Assembly: GCA_002269645.1 (NCBI GenBank)
Contig: NIVC01000671.1
Location: 186,001-250,000, forward strand
DNA from: Macrostomum lignano
Taxonomy: Eukaryota
Reading direction: 5' to 3'
Length of the DNA: 64,000 bases
Shown: in pieces, positions 39,101 to 51,200 of the stretch
How positions within the stretch are numbered: position 1 is the first letter of the stretch
Layout: each line of letters starts with the position of its first letter
The notes under the pieces: generated by a model
Seen by the model: the letters and a program-made list of their open reading frames with translations, nothing else
Databases searched by the model: none
What the model was told of the DNA's origin: nothing
Made by a program: the position numbers and the translations under genes

Positions 39101-40118
39101 ATGTAGAGCAGCCTAGAGACTCACAGATCATGTTCTCTTTCAGTATACAGAGTAGCCTAGAGACTCACAGATCATGTTCTCTTTCAGTATACAGAGCAGC
39201 CTAGAGACTCACAGATCATGTTCTCTTTCAGTATACAGAGCAGCCTAGAGACTCACAGATCATGTTCTCTTTCAGTATACAGAGCAGCCTAGAGACTCAC
39301 AGATCATGTTCTCTTTCAGTATGTAGAGCAGCCTAGAGACTCACAGATCATGTTCTCTTTCAGTATACAGAGTAGCCTAGAGACTCACAGATCATGTTCT
39401 CTTTCAGTATGCAGAGAGCAGCCTAGAGACTCACAGATCATGTTCTCTTTCAGTATACAGAGCAGCCTAGAGACTCACAGATCATGTTCTCTTTCAGTAT
39501 GTAGAGCAGCCTAGAGACTCACAGATCATGTTCTCTTTCAGTATACAGAGTAGCCTAGAGACTCACAGATCATGTTCTCTTTCAGTATACAGAGCAGCCT
39601 AGAGACTCACAGATCATGTTCTCTTTCAGTATACAGAGCAGCCTAGAGACTCACAGATCATGTTCTCTTTCAGTATGTAGAGCAGCCTAGAGACTCACAG
39701 ATCATGTTCTCTTTCAGTATGCAGAGTAGCCTAGAGACTCACAGATCATGTTCTCTTTCAGTATACAGAGCAGCCTAGAGACTCACAGATCATGTTCTCT
39801 TTCAGTATACAGAGCAGCCTAGAGACTCACAGATCATGTTCTCTTTCAGTATGTAGAGCAGCCTAGAGACTCACAGATCATGTTCTCTTTCAGTATACAG
39901 AGCAGCCTAGAGACTCACAGATCATGTTCTCTTTCAGTATACAGAGCAGCCTAGAGACTCACAGATCATGTTCTCTTTCAGTATGCAGAGCAGCCTAGAG
40001 ACTCACAGATCATGTTCTCTTTCAGTATACAGAGCAGCCTAGAGACTCACAGATCATATTCTCTTTCAGTATACAGAGCAGCCTAGAGACTCGCAGATCA
40101 TGTTCTCTTTCAGCATGC
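33195..40118. repeat. 44-bp satellite (GAGCAGCCTAGAGACTCACAGATCATGTTCTCTTTCAGTATACA)n, about 6.9 kb and 155 copies
   Basis: Period 44 with 46-bp variants; no unique spacers. Confidence 0.98.
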
Positions 40119-40984
40119 AGAGTTCTTCGCTTACCTTGATCAACCTACTGAATGGACTTGGCTGTTTTGAGATATTGCAATTTTTTAGTTAATAATGAAG
40201 CTACAGCTGGAAAACTTTACTAACGCATTTGACCAGTTGGCCATTAGGTCCTCCAATACAAACTATTTAGCTCAAATCCTTCATCAAAATAGAATTTTAA
40301 ATCTAATATGCTTACGATTAGAGGTACTGCTTTTGGTTACTAAGAGGGGCAGAGGGGTGAGAGAGCGAGAGAAAGACGCTAAAGAAACCAAAGCAATGCT
40401 AAGCTGATACGAAAGAGAGAAGTAGGGAGGGAGGAAGGCGCTGTGCTGGCCAAGGAGACCTGCAACGAATAAGAAGACTTGGCTGACCAGACTGCCTGGT
40501 CCAGATTCTCGGTCGAGTACTCCATGACTTAGGCTGGGCCTTGAGTTGAGTCGCCTGCACAGACAGAGCATAGCTGCATTGTGGATTGGGCAGCAACCCC
40601 CCTCCCCAGCACAGCCCGTGAAGAAGTTCAATGCATAATCGAGAGAGATAGAGAGGGAGAGGGAGAGTAGAGACGGGACCGCTTGCCTCCCCCCACGCCC
40701 CAGCAGCCGACTTGAGACAGAGTCTGCGTCTGCTGTATCTGGGGACAACAAATCAGCCCCCCTTGAGTAGCTGCCAGACAGTTACCTGTAGTCTATCTCT
40801 ATCTGCTCTATGCATATCTATCCAATATGCAAACGCACACAAAGCAGTGTAAGTTTTAAGCTAATATGACTGAACACCAAAGCAAGGAATTATTCACTAC
40901 AATGACTTTTTTGCTCCGATAAAACTCTAATTAAATTATGAAAGCTAGAAGCGTATTATTCTGAACTTTCTGTCTCCGCCGTCT

Positions 40985-41180
40985 ATTAGTCTACTTTTCA
41001 GTCTACTTCTCAGTCTACTTCTCAGTCTACTCAGTTCTACTTCTCAGTTCTATATTCAACTGTCTACTTTTCTGGCTACTTCTCCCAATTCTGAGGCTAC
41101 TTCTCAGGCTACTTTTCTGTCTACTTATCAGTTTATTTCTTACTCTACTTCTCAGTCGACCTTCAGTCTACTTCTCATCT
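40985..41180. repeat. Degenerate 12-bp repeat (AGTCTACTTCTC)n
   Basis: Directly visible. Confidence 0.7.
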
Positions 41181-42092
41181 ACATCTAGCTTATTTTTATG
41201 CCCCATAGCAACCCCTATTCTCAGTTTAATGCGCGCCCGAAGTGGCAATTTGGCCATTAACTGAAATTCTCGCTTCATATTAGCTCGTAGTTGCATTGAT
41301 TGAATTGTCTATGGCCGAAACCGGCTAACTTATTAATGACCGGTCATTATAATCAGACGTTTGCGCTGATCAACTTTATACGAAGTCAGCGTAGAGACCC
41401 GCTTTAAATGTTAGCATTAAAATGCATCGCCATCTTGTCATTCCATTTTCTATTTTCTCTGAGTCACAGGAGGGGTTGAGCGGCTGAGCACACAGCCAAA
41501 CAACAGTTACCTCTGGGGCTGTGTCAACTCAATGTACACCCCCGGGGGTGGGTGGGTGCACGGCCTGAACTCGGACTGGCTCAAGAGAGAGAACAGAAGC
41601 TTGCAAAACTTGGCTTTACTGAGTGCTGTACAGTGTGCAATACCTCTTCTACCCTCTGTAACCCTTTCTTTCTCTTCTGTCTCTTAATTAATTTTGCAGC
41701 CAGCAAGCCAGTAGACAGAAAAGGCCTCTCCAAACCGGAAGTCGCTCGTGAAAGCAGAAATTTGAGCAGAAATTCGCGTAACAACAAAATCCTGCGGCAA
41801 TTCTGAGGAGAGCCTTGCCTTCTTTTTCCTTCCGCTATTCAAAGGGCAACCAAGAGGCTAAAGTAAGTTTTCTCAGTGAATTGAAGTCTTACCCACTAGA
41901 GCTAATAATTAAGTTTGCTGGCACACTTCTCACCTGAGCTGCGGATCGATAGACAGCCAGATAGACTGACATCAAAGCTTTTTAAGATGACTTTGATGTA
42001 CTTTTGATGAGATATTATCCCTAGATCTCTAGTATATGACCTATGCTGTGTTTAGACATGTCCCTAACCTAACCGCTATGTAACCATCTCTC

Positions 42093-42375
42093 CATGACCA
42101 ATCTCTCGATGACCAAATCTATCCATGACCAAATCTCTCCATGACCAAATCTCTCCATGACCAAATCTCTCAATGACCAAATCTCTCAATGACCAAATCT
42201 CTCCATGACCAAATCTCTCCATGACCAAATCTCTCAATGACCAAATCTCTCAATGACCAAATCTCTCCATGACCAAATCTCTCCATGACCAAATCTCTCC
42301 ATGACCAAATCTCTCAATGACCAAATCTCTCAATGACCAAATCTCTCCATGACCAAATCTCCCTATGACCAAATC
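42093..42375. repeat. 16-bp minisatellite (ATGACCAAATCTCTCC/A)n
   Basis: Lies in a probable intron, 41863-42395. Confidence 0.92.
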
Positions 42376-42402
42376 TTTCCGTGACCAAATTGCAGACCAC
42401 AA

Positions 42403-42873
42403 ATGGTCGGCCTTGACCCGTACGAGGAGCGCCTGCTCATAGCGATGCTTGGCGGCGGAGTCGCCCTGATCTTCGCCATCGCCCTGGGCATCATCTGCTG
42501 CCGCAAGTATCGCCTAGACAGAAGCGGCGGAGGCGGCGGGGGCGGCAAGAACCGGATGTGGGCGGTGCAGCAGCAGAGGCAGCTGATGTTCCAGAGGCAG
42601 CCGGGGATGCAGCAGGCCTACCTGCCAACCGGTCATCAGACCAACGTAAACATGGACCCGGTTTACCTGGACCCGGCCAGGGGAATTAACCTGGCTGGCG
42701 GGCCGCCGCCACCGCAGCATCCGCAGGTGCAATCAAACTTGAATCCCACGTACGCTTCGGCGGTGCCGCAGGGCACCTTCCAGCAGCAGCCGCCGTCCAT
42801 GAGGCAGGCGGACAACACAGCTTATACCAGCATGCCGTATGGCCGCCCGAGCTACTCATCGCATCAGGTGTAA
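42403..42873 (+). CDS. Small single-pass membrane protein with a Gln/Pro/Tyr-rich cytoplasmic tail, 156 aa
   Basis: GC-rich ORF with hydrophobic LLIAMLGGGVALIFAIALGII followed by CCRKYR. Acceptor TTGCAG| at 42395. The preceding candidate exon (donor at 41863) has an in-frame stop, so it is probably 5'UTR. Confidence 0.8.
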   Translation: MVGLDPYEERLLIAMLGGGVALIFAIALGIICCRKYRLDRSGGGGGGGKNRMWAVQQQRQLMFQRQPGMQQAYLPTGHQTNVNMDPVYLDPARGINLAGGPPPPQHPQVQSNLNPTYASAVPQGTFQQQPPSMRQADNTAYTSMPYGRPSYSSHQV

Positions 42874-42949
42874 CAGCTGCTACTGCTGACTAATCGGGGT
42901 TGATTTTAGTTTTATATGGAGCGCTAAGTTCATTAGTACCTGGCCACCC

Positions 42950-43125
42950 TTGTCCTTATCTGACCTTTATCTGACCACCCTTGTACTTATCTGACCTTTA
43001 TCTGACCACCCTTGTACTTATCTGAATTTATCTGACCACCCTTGTACTTATCTAACCTTTATCTGGCCACCCTTGTCTTTATCTAGATTTTTATCTGGCT
43101 ATCGCTGTCCTTATCTAGCCTCTAT
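42950..43125. repeat. Degenerate ~31-bp repeat (TCTGACCACCCTTGTACTTATCTGACCTTTA) in the presumed 3'UTR
   Basis: About 5 copies. Confidence 0.7.
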
Positions 43126-44529
43126 CTGCCTGCCATATTTATCTATCCGTTCTCCCATTATGGCCAAAATAATTTACGCCAAAAATGAAAACTAGTTGTT
43201 TAGGTAACTAATAAAATTTGGTAGTCGCTCACTGACATCTAAGGCCATGCGTCAAAAGTACTTCCGCAACATTCCTCATTTGTGAAAATCTTTATAAAAG
43301 TACTAAGGGTCTGTAAATAACAGTTTTATGCTTGTTTTCTTGAGAATCACGGCATATTGATACAATATTTAACACATTTTCGCATTGTTTTATCTAATAT
43401 AGCTGTTGGGAGTAACAAATCGACATCAAAATTCATTTTTATATGTATTTTAATCACTGAAGTAATTCTCTTTTTTAAATACCATTTTATTTACTGTGCT
43501 CGGGTGAATTGTTAAATTTATTATCTATAAATAAACTGTACATGTACGTTTGAGGTAAAAAAACTTAGAATATGTTGTTATGTCAGAACACATAATAGGA
43601 CTGTGCTGTTCTGTTTTCTAAAGCATTGGTAACAATGGACCAAGTCATTTGTCTCCTTTTAAAAGCTTTATTTTTAACAAATATTTTTTGTATTTTCAAT
43701 TACCAAGCTGGTGGAGTCAGTTCTCAACCACCCTACTTATTTAATCAAAAATAGCACATATTTTTGTAAATAGAAAATAATTTTAGCTTCAGTTTAGCCA
43801 AGGTTAACCCTAGTTTGTGGGGCTGTAGTGAATTACGAGGGTATTTCCTAGAATAAAGTCTTCGAAATCCACATTGTCAGCAATTCAAACAGCAATTGTG
43901 ACTGCATGGCGGCAATAAAGAAAAATAGCTAATGTTTTTCCGGGTTTGCTATTCGCTTTTAGACTTGCGCAAACAATTATTTTCCTCAAAACGCTTTTTT
44001 AATGTTTTTAATTTTAGTTTTTTACATTACCAGAAAAGCATGCAGATAAAAAACAGCTTTAAATTAAAGAGTTGGAAAAAATGTGTACATTGCGACCGGC
44101 AGACTGCAACTTAAAATAAGTGCACGCGAGCGATAAAAAAATAAAAATAGTTTTAACAAAAAATGATTTTTATAATAAAAGTTTTAGCTGGCTGTGATGA
44201 ATGTAAATGAGATCAATGGAAGATTTTTAATAACTTTTGAGGCTGAAAATCAACAACTGAAAAGAATGCAAGAGCCCAAATTTTATGATTCGTGCAGGAA
44301 ACAAAAATTGTTTTAACTGGCGAGAGGATTGTCGGGGAAAAAATCATTTTAAAACAGACAAATGAATAAAAAATTCTTTTTATAGCTTTCAACAATTTTT
44401 ATGAAACAGTCTGCTGTGATTCTAGAACCCCGAAACAAAAAATATGTGACTCAATGAAGCATTGAAATTTTTGAAGCTTAATATTTCGTGAATCGAAAGG
44501 TCTAGAAAAGTGTGAACTTGATAACTATA

Positions 44530-45052
44530 AAAAATCTTAACAGAATCCAACAATCACTGAATCCAGAAATCAGTGAATACCACAATCACTGAATCTCCAA
44601 CAATCAGTGAATCCCCAACAGTCACTGAATCCTCAACAATCAGTGAATCCCCAACAATCAGTGAATATCCAACAATCCCCAACAATCAGTGAATCCCCAA
44701 CAATCAGTGAATATCCAACAATCCCCAACAATCAGTGAATCCCCAATAATCAGTGAATCCCCAACAGTCACTGAATCCTCAACAATCAGTGAATCCCCAA
44801 GAATCAGTGAATATCCAAGAGTCAGTGAATCCCCAAAAATCAGTGAATCCCCAATAATTAGTGAATCCTCAACAATCAGTGAATCCCCCAAGAATCAGTG
44901 AATCCTCAACAATCAGTGAATCCCCCAAGAATCAGTGAATCCCCAAAGAATCAGTGAATATCCAAGAATCAGTGAATCCCCAACAATCAGTGAATCCCCA
45001 AGTATCAGTGAATGCTCCAAGAATGTGTGAATCCCCAAGAATCAGTGAATCA
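44530..45052. repeat. ~18-bp minisatellite (ATCAGTGAATCCCCAACA)n
   Basis: Directly visible. Confidence 0.88.
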
Positions 45053-45241
45053 AGGTTTCGGTGAACTAAAAAACACCACTAATACGTGAATTATTAAGTC
45101 AGTGCGGTGGATTTCGCGAACCCCCAAAGTGTCGATCACGCAAAAACTTAAGTCGCAAGTTTTTGATTCAGAAAAGAAACAACACACACAGCTGTGAGTT
45201 TCGAGTCGAGCTGCGGCTGAGTCATGCACATCTGGCCGTCC

Positions 45242-48200
45242 TCAGGCGGAATACTGGCACACGAAGCGGAGGTGTCGGTGACAGGCCGCCGGTAGCCAGC
45301 CGCCGCTGCCGCCGCCGCCAGCGCCGCTCAGGCTGGAGACGCCGCTCATGGCCACGCAGTTGAACTGCCAGTCCAGCTCCGCCTGCTCGGTCCCCGCAGC
45401 AAAGTTCCGGTAGCCTTCGCTGCGAGCGACCGGCCCGCCAACCCAGACGAACCGGCCGCCGGATCTGTACATGCCGATCCAGCTGGCGCCGACCAGGTGC
45501 GCGAACACCTCCGCGTTCTCCTCCGGGCTGTCAATCACGGCCAGGTCGGCGCCCATTGATCGGCAGGTTCGCCGGGCGTCGGCCCAGTCAGAGAGGCCTC
45601 GGCTGAAGAAATAGGCGGACCGGCCGGAGCGGGACACCTCGCAGGCCGTCCACTCGTCCGGGTGGCAGCGATGCACTGTGGGACGTCGGGTGGATGACGG
45701 GTATGCGACAAATGAATGATAGCTAGATTACAGGTAACATTTAGATAACAGCTAGATTACAGCTAGAGGACAGATAGATGACAGCTAGATTACAGGTAGA
45801 GGGCAGATAGATAACAGCTAGATTACAGGTAACATGTAGATGACAGCTAGATTACAGCTAGAGGGCAGATAGATGACAGCTAGATTACAGGTTGATGACA
45901 GCTAGATTACAGATAGATGACAGCTAGATTACAGATAGATGACAGCTAGATTACAGAAGGATGACAGCTAGACTACAGATAGATGACAGCTAGACTAAAG
46001 ATAGATGACAGCTAGATTACAGATAGATGACAGCTAGACTACAGATAGATGACAGCTAGACTACAGATAGATGACAGCTAGACTACAGATAGATGACAGC
46101 TAGACTACAGATAGATGACAGCTAGATTATAGAAGGATGACAGCTAGATTACAGATAGATGACAGCTAGATTACAGATAGATGACAGCTAGATTACAGAT
46201 AGATGGCAGCTAGATTACAGAAGGATGACAGCTAGATTACAGAAGGATGACAGCTAGATTACAGATAGATGACAGCTATATGACAGATATGATCAGATGA
46301 TCAGCTGTATGATCAGCTGTATGATCAGCTATATGATCAGACAGATAAATGACAGCTAGATTACATATAGATGACAGCTATATTACAGATAGATGACAGC
46401 TATATTACAGATAGATGACAGCTAGATTACAGGAGGATGACAGCTAGATTACAGAAGGATGACAGCTAGATTACAGATAGATGACAGCTAGATTACAGAT
46501 AGATGACAGCTAGATTACAGATAGATGACAGCTAGATTACAGATAGATGGCAGCTAGATTACAGAAGGATGACAGCTAGATTACAGATAGATGACAGCTA
46601 GATTACAGAAGGATGACAGCTAGACTACAGATAGATGACAGCTAGACTACAGATAGATGACAGCTAGATTACAGATAGATGACAGCTAGACTACAGATAG
46701 ATGACAGCTAGACTACAGATAGATGACAGCTAGACTACAGATAGATGACAGCTAGACTACAGATAGATGACAGCTAGATTACAGATAGATAACAGCTAGA
46801 CTACAGATAGATGACAGCTAGACTACAGATAGATGACAGCTAGACTACAGATAGATGACAGCTAGACTACAGGTGAATGACAGCAAGATTTCAGGTGGGT
46901 GACAAGTAGATGATGACAGGTAGATGACAGGCAGGTGACAGGCAGATGACAGGCAGGTGACAGGCAGGTGACAGGCAGGTGACAGGCAGATGACAGGCAG
47001 GTGACAGGCAGGTACTTTTGGGACAGCCCTCGTAGATCAAAGTTGGTCTCACCAGTCCACAACTGGAGGCTGGCATTGCGCTTCGCGGTTCCGCCGGACT
47101 CAGCCAGGCTGTCGTAGCGGCAGCGCCGGTCCCAGCTGTAGCCGATGATGAGGGGCCGTTTGGCGGCGGGCGCTTTGAAGTAGCAGCTGCGCGAAGGCGT
47201 GAGGCTGGACACCGAGAACAGCACCGACCGAAGGTAGTCGGTGGGCTCCTCCGTGAGGCTTTGACTGCGAGAGAAATGGCGAGAGATATTGATAGTTCAT
47301 TAGGTCTTTAGAACCTTTACGCGGTCAACGGAATTGCTGTTTTCGCAAAAGAAATCTAATTATTAACTTGAAAAGTCTGAAGCCAAAGCTTCAAAGAAAA
47401 GAATCCTAAAGAGTAAAGGGTTCGCGATCCGTTAGGGTGATGCACCGTTCCTTTTAATCCGAACCGAAGATCAAACCCTAGGATTAATGATAATCCCTTG
47501 AAGTCGTTCATCTTTCTCGTGTCATCCGGAAAGTTCTTTTTATTCGAAAAATATCCAACAACCTACGAACGTACATATAGTACTACAGGATAATACTACA
47601 GTAAATCCTGTGCTCAAATCCCACATCCTGTGCTCAGATCCCACATCCTATGCTCAGATCCGACTTACTATGCTCAGATCCCACATCCTGTGCTCAGATC
47701 CCACATTCTACGATGAGATCCCACATCCTATGCTCAGATCCGACTTACTATGCTCAGATCCCACATCCTGTGCTCAGATCCCACATTCTACGATGAGATC
47801 CCACATCCTATGCTCAGATCCCACATCCTGTGCTCATATCCCACATCCGTGCTCAGATCCCACATCTTGTGTTCAAATCCCACATCCTATGCTCAGATCC
47901 GACATCCTGTACTCAGACCCCACATCCAATGCTCAGGTCCCACATCCTGTACTCAGACCCCACATCCTATGCTCAGATCCGACATCCTGTACTCAGACCC
48001 CACATCCAATGCTCAGGTCCCACATCCTGTACTCAGACCCCACATCCTATGCTCAGATCCGACATCCTGTACTCAGACCCCACATCCAATGCTCAGGTCC
48101 CACATCCTGTACTCAGACCCCACATCCTATGCTCAGATCGGGCCACATCCTGTGCTCATATCCCACATCCTGTACTCAGACCCCACATCCTATGCTCAGA

Positions 48201-51200
48201 CCCCACATCCCACAATTCGAACCTCACATTATGTGCTCAGATTCCGCATCCCACTACACAGATGCTGAGCTTCATCATCCCCCATATCAAGCCAAGCTCC
48301 CACCCGGCGCATCTCACACCAGCGCCTCGCAGGCCGCCCGGCTGCTGCAGGCTACTCGCAGCTCCGCTGTCTCGCCGTCGGCGGCAACGCCGAGCCGAGC
48401 CACCCGCAATCCCGCCGCAGTGCTCTCCTCGGCCACGCCGACGTCCCAGAGTTCGGCGAAGCGCAGCAGGGAGCCGGCCTCCAAGGTGGACAGCGACAGC
48501 TGCTCCTGCACCGCGGCCAGCACGCCGTGGCTTCGCAGCATCAGCCGGACGCTGACGAACTCCTCGCTGCTGAGAAAGTCGCGGCCCCGGCTCAGACTCG
48601 AACTGGCATTGTTGCCATGGAAACAGAGCAGCGGTTCGATCAGCAGGCGGCGCTGATGCGGCACCTCGCCGGGCTGCTGGTAGACCGCCACCGGGCACCC
48701 GTCGATGCTCAGGATGCGCAGCAGGCGCGGCGCCTCGTCGGCGGGGCACTCGCCCACCGCTGGCAGCTTCAACCGGAGGGCCTTGAGCGGCAGGCGGAAG
48801 TCACTGGCTGCAGAGGTCGGCTGCTGGTAAATGGCGGTCGACAGCTCGCAGTCGGCGACGTTAGCCATGAAGGTTGTCAGCTGGATTCGCTCGAACAGCA
48901 GCCAGGGCTGCGCGGAGAGATTGGAGCTGCGGGATGATGGAGAGCCTGTCACCTGTTCTCCGATCGTGATCAGGTCCCGAGATCCCAATCCGAGATCCCA
49001 ATCCGAGATCCCAATCCGAGATCCCAATCCGAGATCCCAATCCGAGATCCCAATCCGAGATCCCAATCCGAGATCCCAATCCGAGATCCCAATCCGAGAT
49101 CCCAATCCGAGATCCCAATCCGAGATCCCAATCCGAGATCCCAATCCGAGATCCCAATCCGAGATCCCAATCCGAGATCCCAATCCGAGATCCCAATCCG
49201 AGATCCCAATCCGAGATCCCAATCCGAGATCCCAATCCGAGATCCCAATCCGAGATCCCAATCCGAGATCCCAATCCGAGATCCCAATCCGAGATCCCAA
49301 TCCGAGATCCCAATCCGAGATCCCAATCCGAGATCCCAATCCGAGATCCCAATCCGAGATCCCAATCCGAGATCCCAATCCGAGATCCCAATCCGAGATC
49401 CCAATCCGAGATCCCAATCCGAGATCCCAATCCGAGATCCCAATCCGAGATCCCAATCCGAGATCCCAATCCGAGATCCCAATCCGAGATCCCAATCCGA
49501 GATCCCAATCCGAGACCACACCAGCTTACCTGAGGTCCCTGCAGGCAGCCCAGGTCTGGCAGAGCACCCGGAACTGGCCCCGGCTCCTGTCCACGCTGGC
49601 GGAGAAGCTGTCCAGCTGGTAGGCCTCGCTGCCCAAGTCCCTCCGAGTCAGATTCACCTTGCGCACCTGGAGAAATGACACCCGCTTGGGCGCTAGATTG
49701 GCGAGCTGGGCGGTCACGGTGTCCAGCACGGACTGGCGGCTGAGGTCGACGCCCAGGCTGGCGTAGGGGCTGCCCGTGAGGTAGTTGAAGCCCAGCTCAA
49801 CCCTGCCGTTGAAGCAAAACAGCGGCTCGATGTAGAACTCCGCCTTGGTGTCCTCGCGCTTGTGCACCACGGCGGTGCAACCGTCCACCGACTTGACGCT
49901 GAACAGGCGCATCGGCAGGGGCCGAGGGCAGCCGGGGAGGCGGCGGGTTTTGCCGTTCAGGTAGCTCAAATCGAAGTAGGAGGCGCTGCGACTCAAAATT
50001 TGCTTGCGCAACAGCTGCGGCATCCAGCAGTCGTAGCTGGGCAGATTTGCCGTGATCTCGAGGTTGAAGTTCTCCAGCAGCAGGGTGCTGTTCTGCAGCA
50101 TGTTCGAGCTGCGGAGCAGGGGCCAATGGTGACTGATTGAGAAGAATAAAGGATTGGGATCAAGGAATAGAGATCAAGGATCAGATTGGGGATCAGGAGA
50201 ATCGGGATGATCTAAATCAGGAAGGAGGATCGGTATCAAGATCAAGGATCGGGTTATCAGGGATTAGGGATCACGAATCGGGGATCAAAGATAAAGGATC
50301 AGGAATCAGGGATCAGGGATCAAGGATCAGAGATCAGGGATCAGAGATCAGGGATCAGAGATCAGGGATCAGAGATCAGGGATCAGAGATCAGGGATCAG
50401 AGATCAGGGATCAGAGATCAGGAATTAAGGATCAGGGATCAGGAAAATAATCGATGGACCATGGATCGAGAATCCGCATTCCAGGCGTTCGAGACGCAGC
50501 GGTCTGGATTGAGGACAATGTAGTGGGTAGCGCCGGCTCACTGCAGAGTCCTGCACACTCTGCCGCTCAGGCAGTGAATCCGCAGTTCGGCTTCGCTCCT
50601 ATCGAAGGCCACTTTGAAATCGCCGGCCTCGAGTCCCGGCAGCCGGGTCCTCGGTCTCAGCCGGAGGTTCCACAGCTCCATGAAGTCGATGGTGTCCTCC
50701 GCCGGGATGTCGGCGGTGTCGCTGGTCCCGCCGGAGTCCGCGAGGCCTCGGCGAACTTCGCCAAGCAGGGAATCGTTCGCCAGCGCCATTCGCAGACTCA
50801 GGTAGGGCAGGTTGCGCACGTAGTCAAAGTGCAGAGTGGGCGGCTGCCGGTCCAGGCAGAAGGCCGGTTCGACAAAGAGGCTCTGGCCGCCCAGGAGGTT
50901 GCGGGACCGGTGCAGCACCAGCTGGCAGGAGCCGGTCGGCTGCACCGGTGCCTGCACCCGGGGATAGGCGGCCTCGGCGCACACCAGCCGCGGCGGCGAC
51001 TTCTCCCTGAGGTAGGCCAGGTCTACGAGATGTCGCCTGGCCAGGATCAGCTTGCCAATGGGCTCCGGTGCTAGGCAGCCGTCGTCAGGCGTTGCCATGG
51101 TGATGTTGATTTGCAAGCGCTCGAGCAGAAGTTCGCTGGACTTTGACAGGTAGTTCCTGGAGATTAGTTAAGCAAGTCGAGAGTTGAGAAAGTCAGGTTA

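Noticed and set aside
33195-40118. CRISPR-like array
   Set aside because: The units are contiguous with no unique spacers, there are no cas genes, and the context is eukaryotic.
40195-40751. Short ORFs on both strands next to the satellite
   Set aside because: I could not build a consistent splice chain or find a motif.
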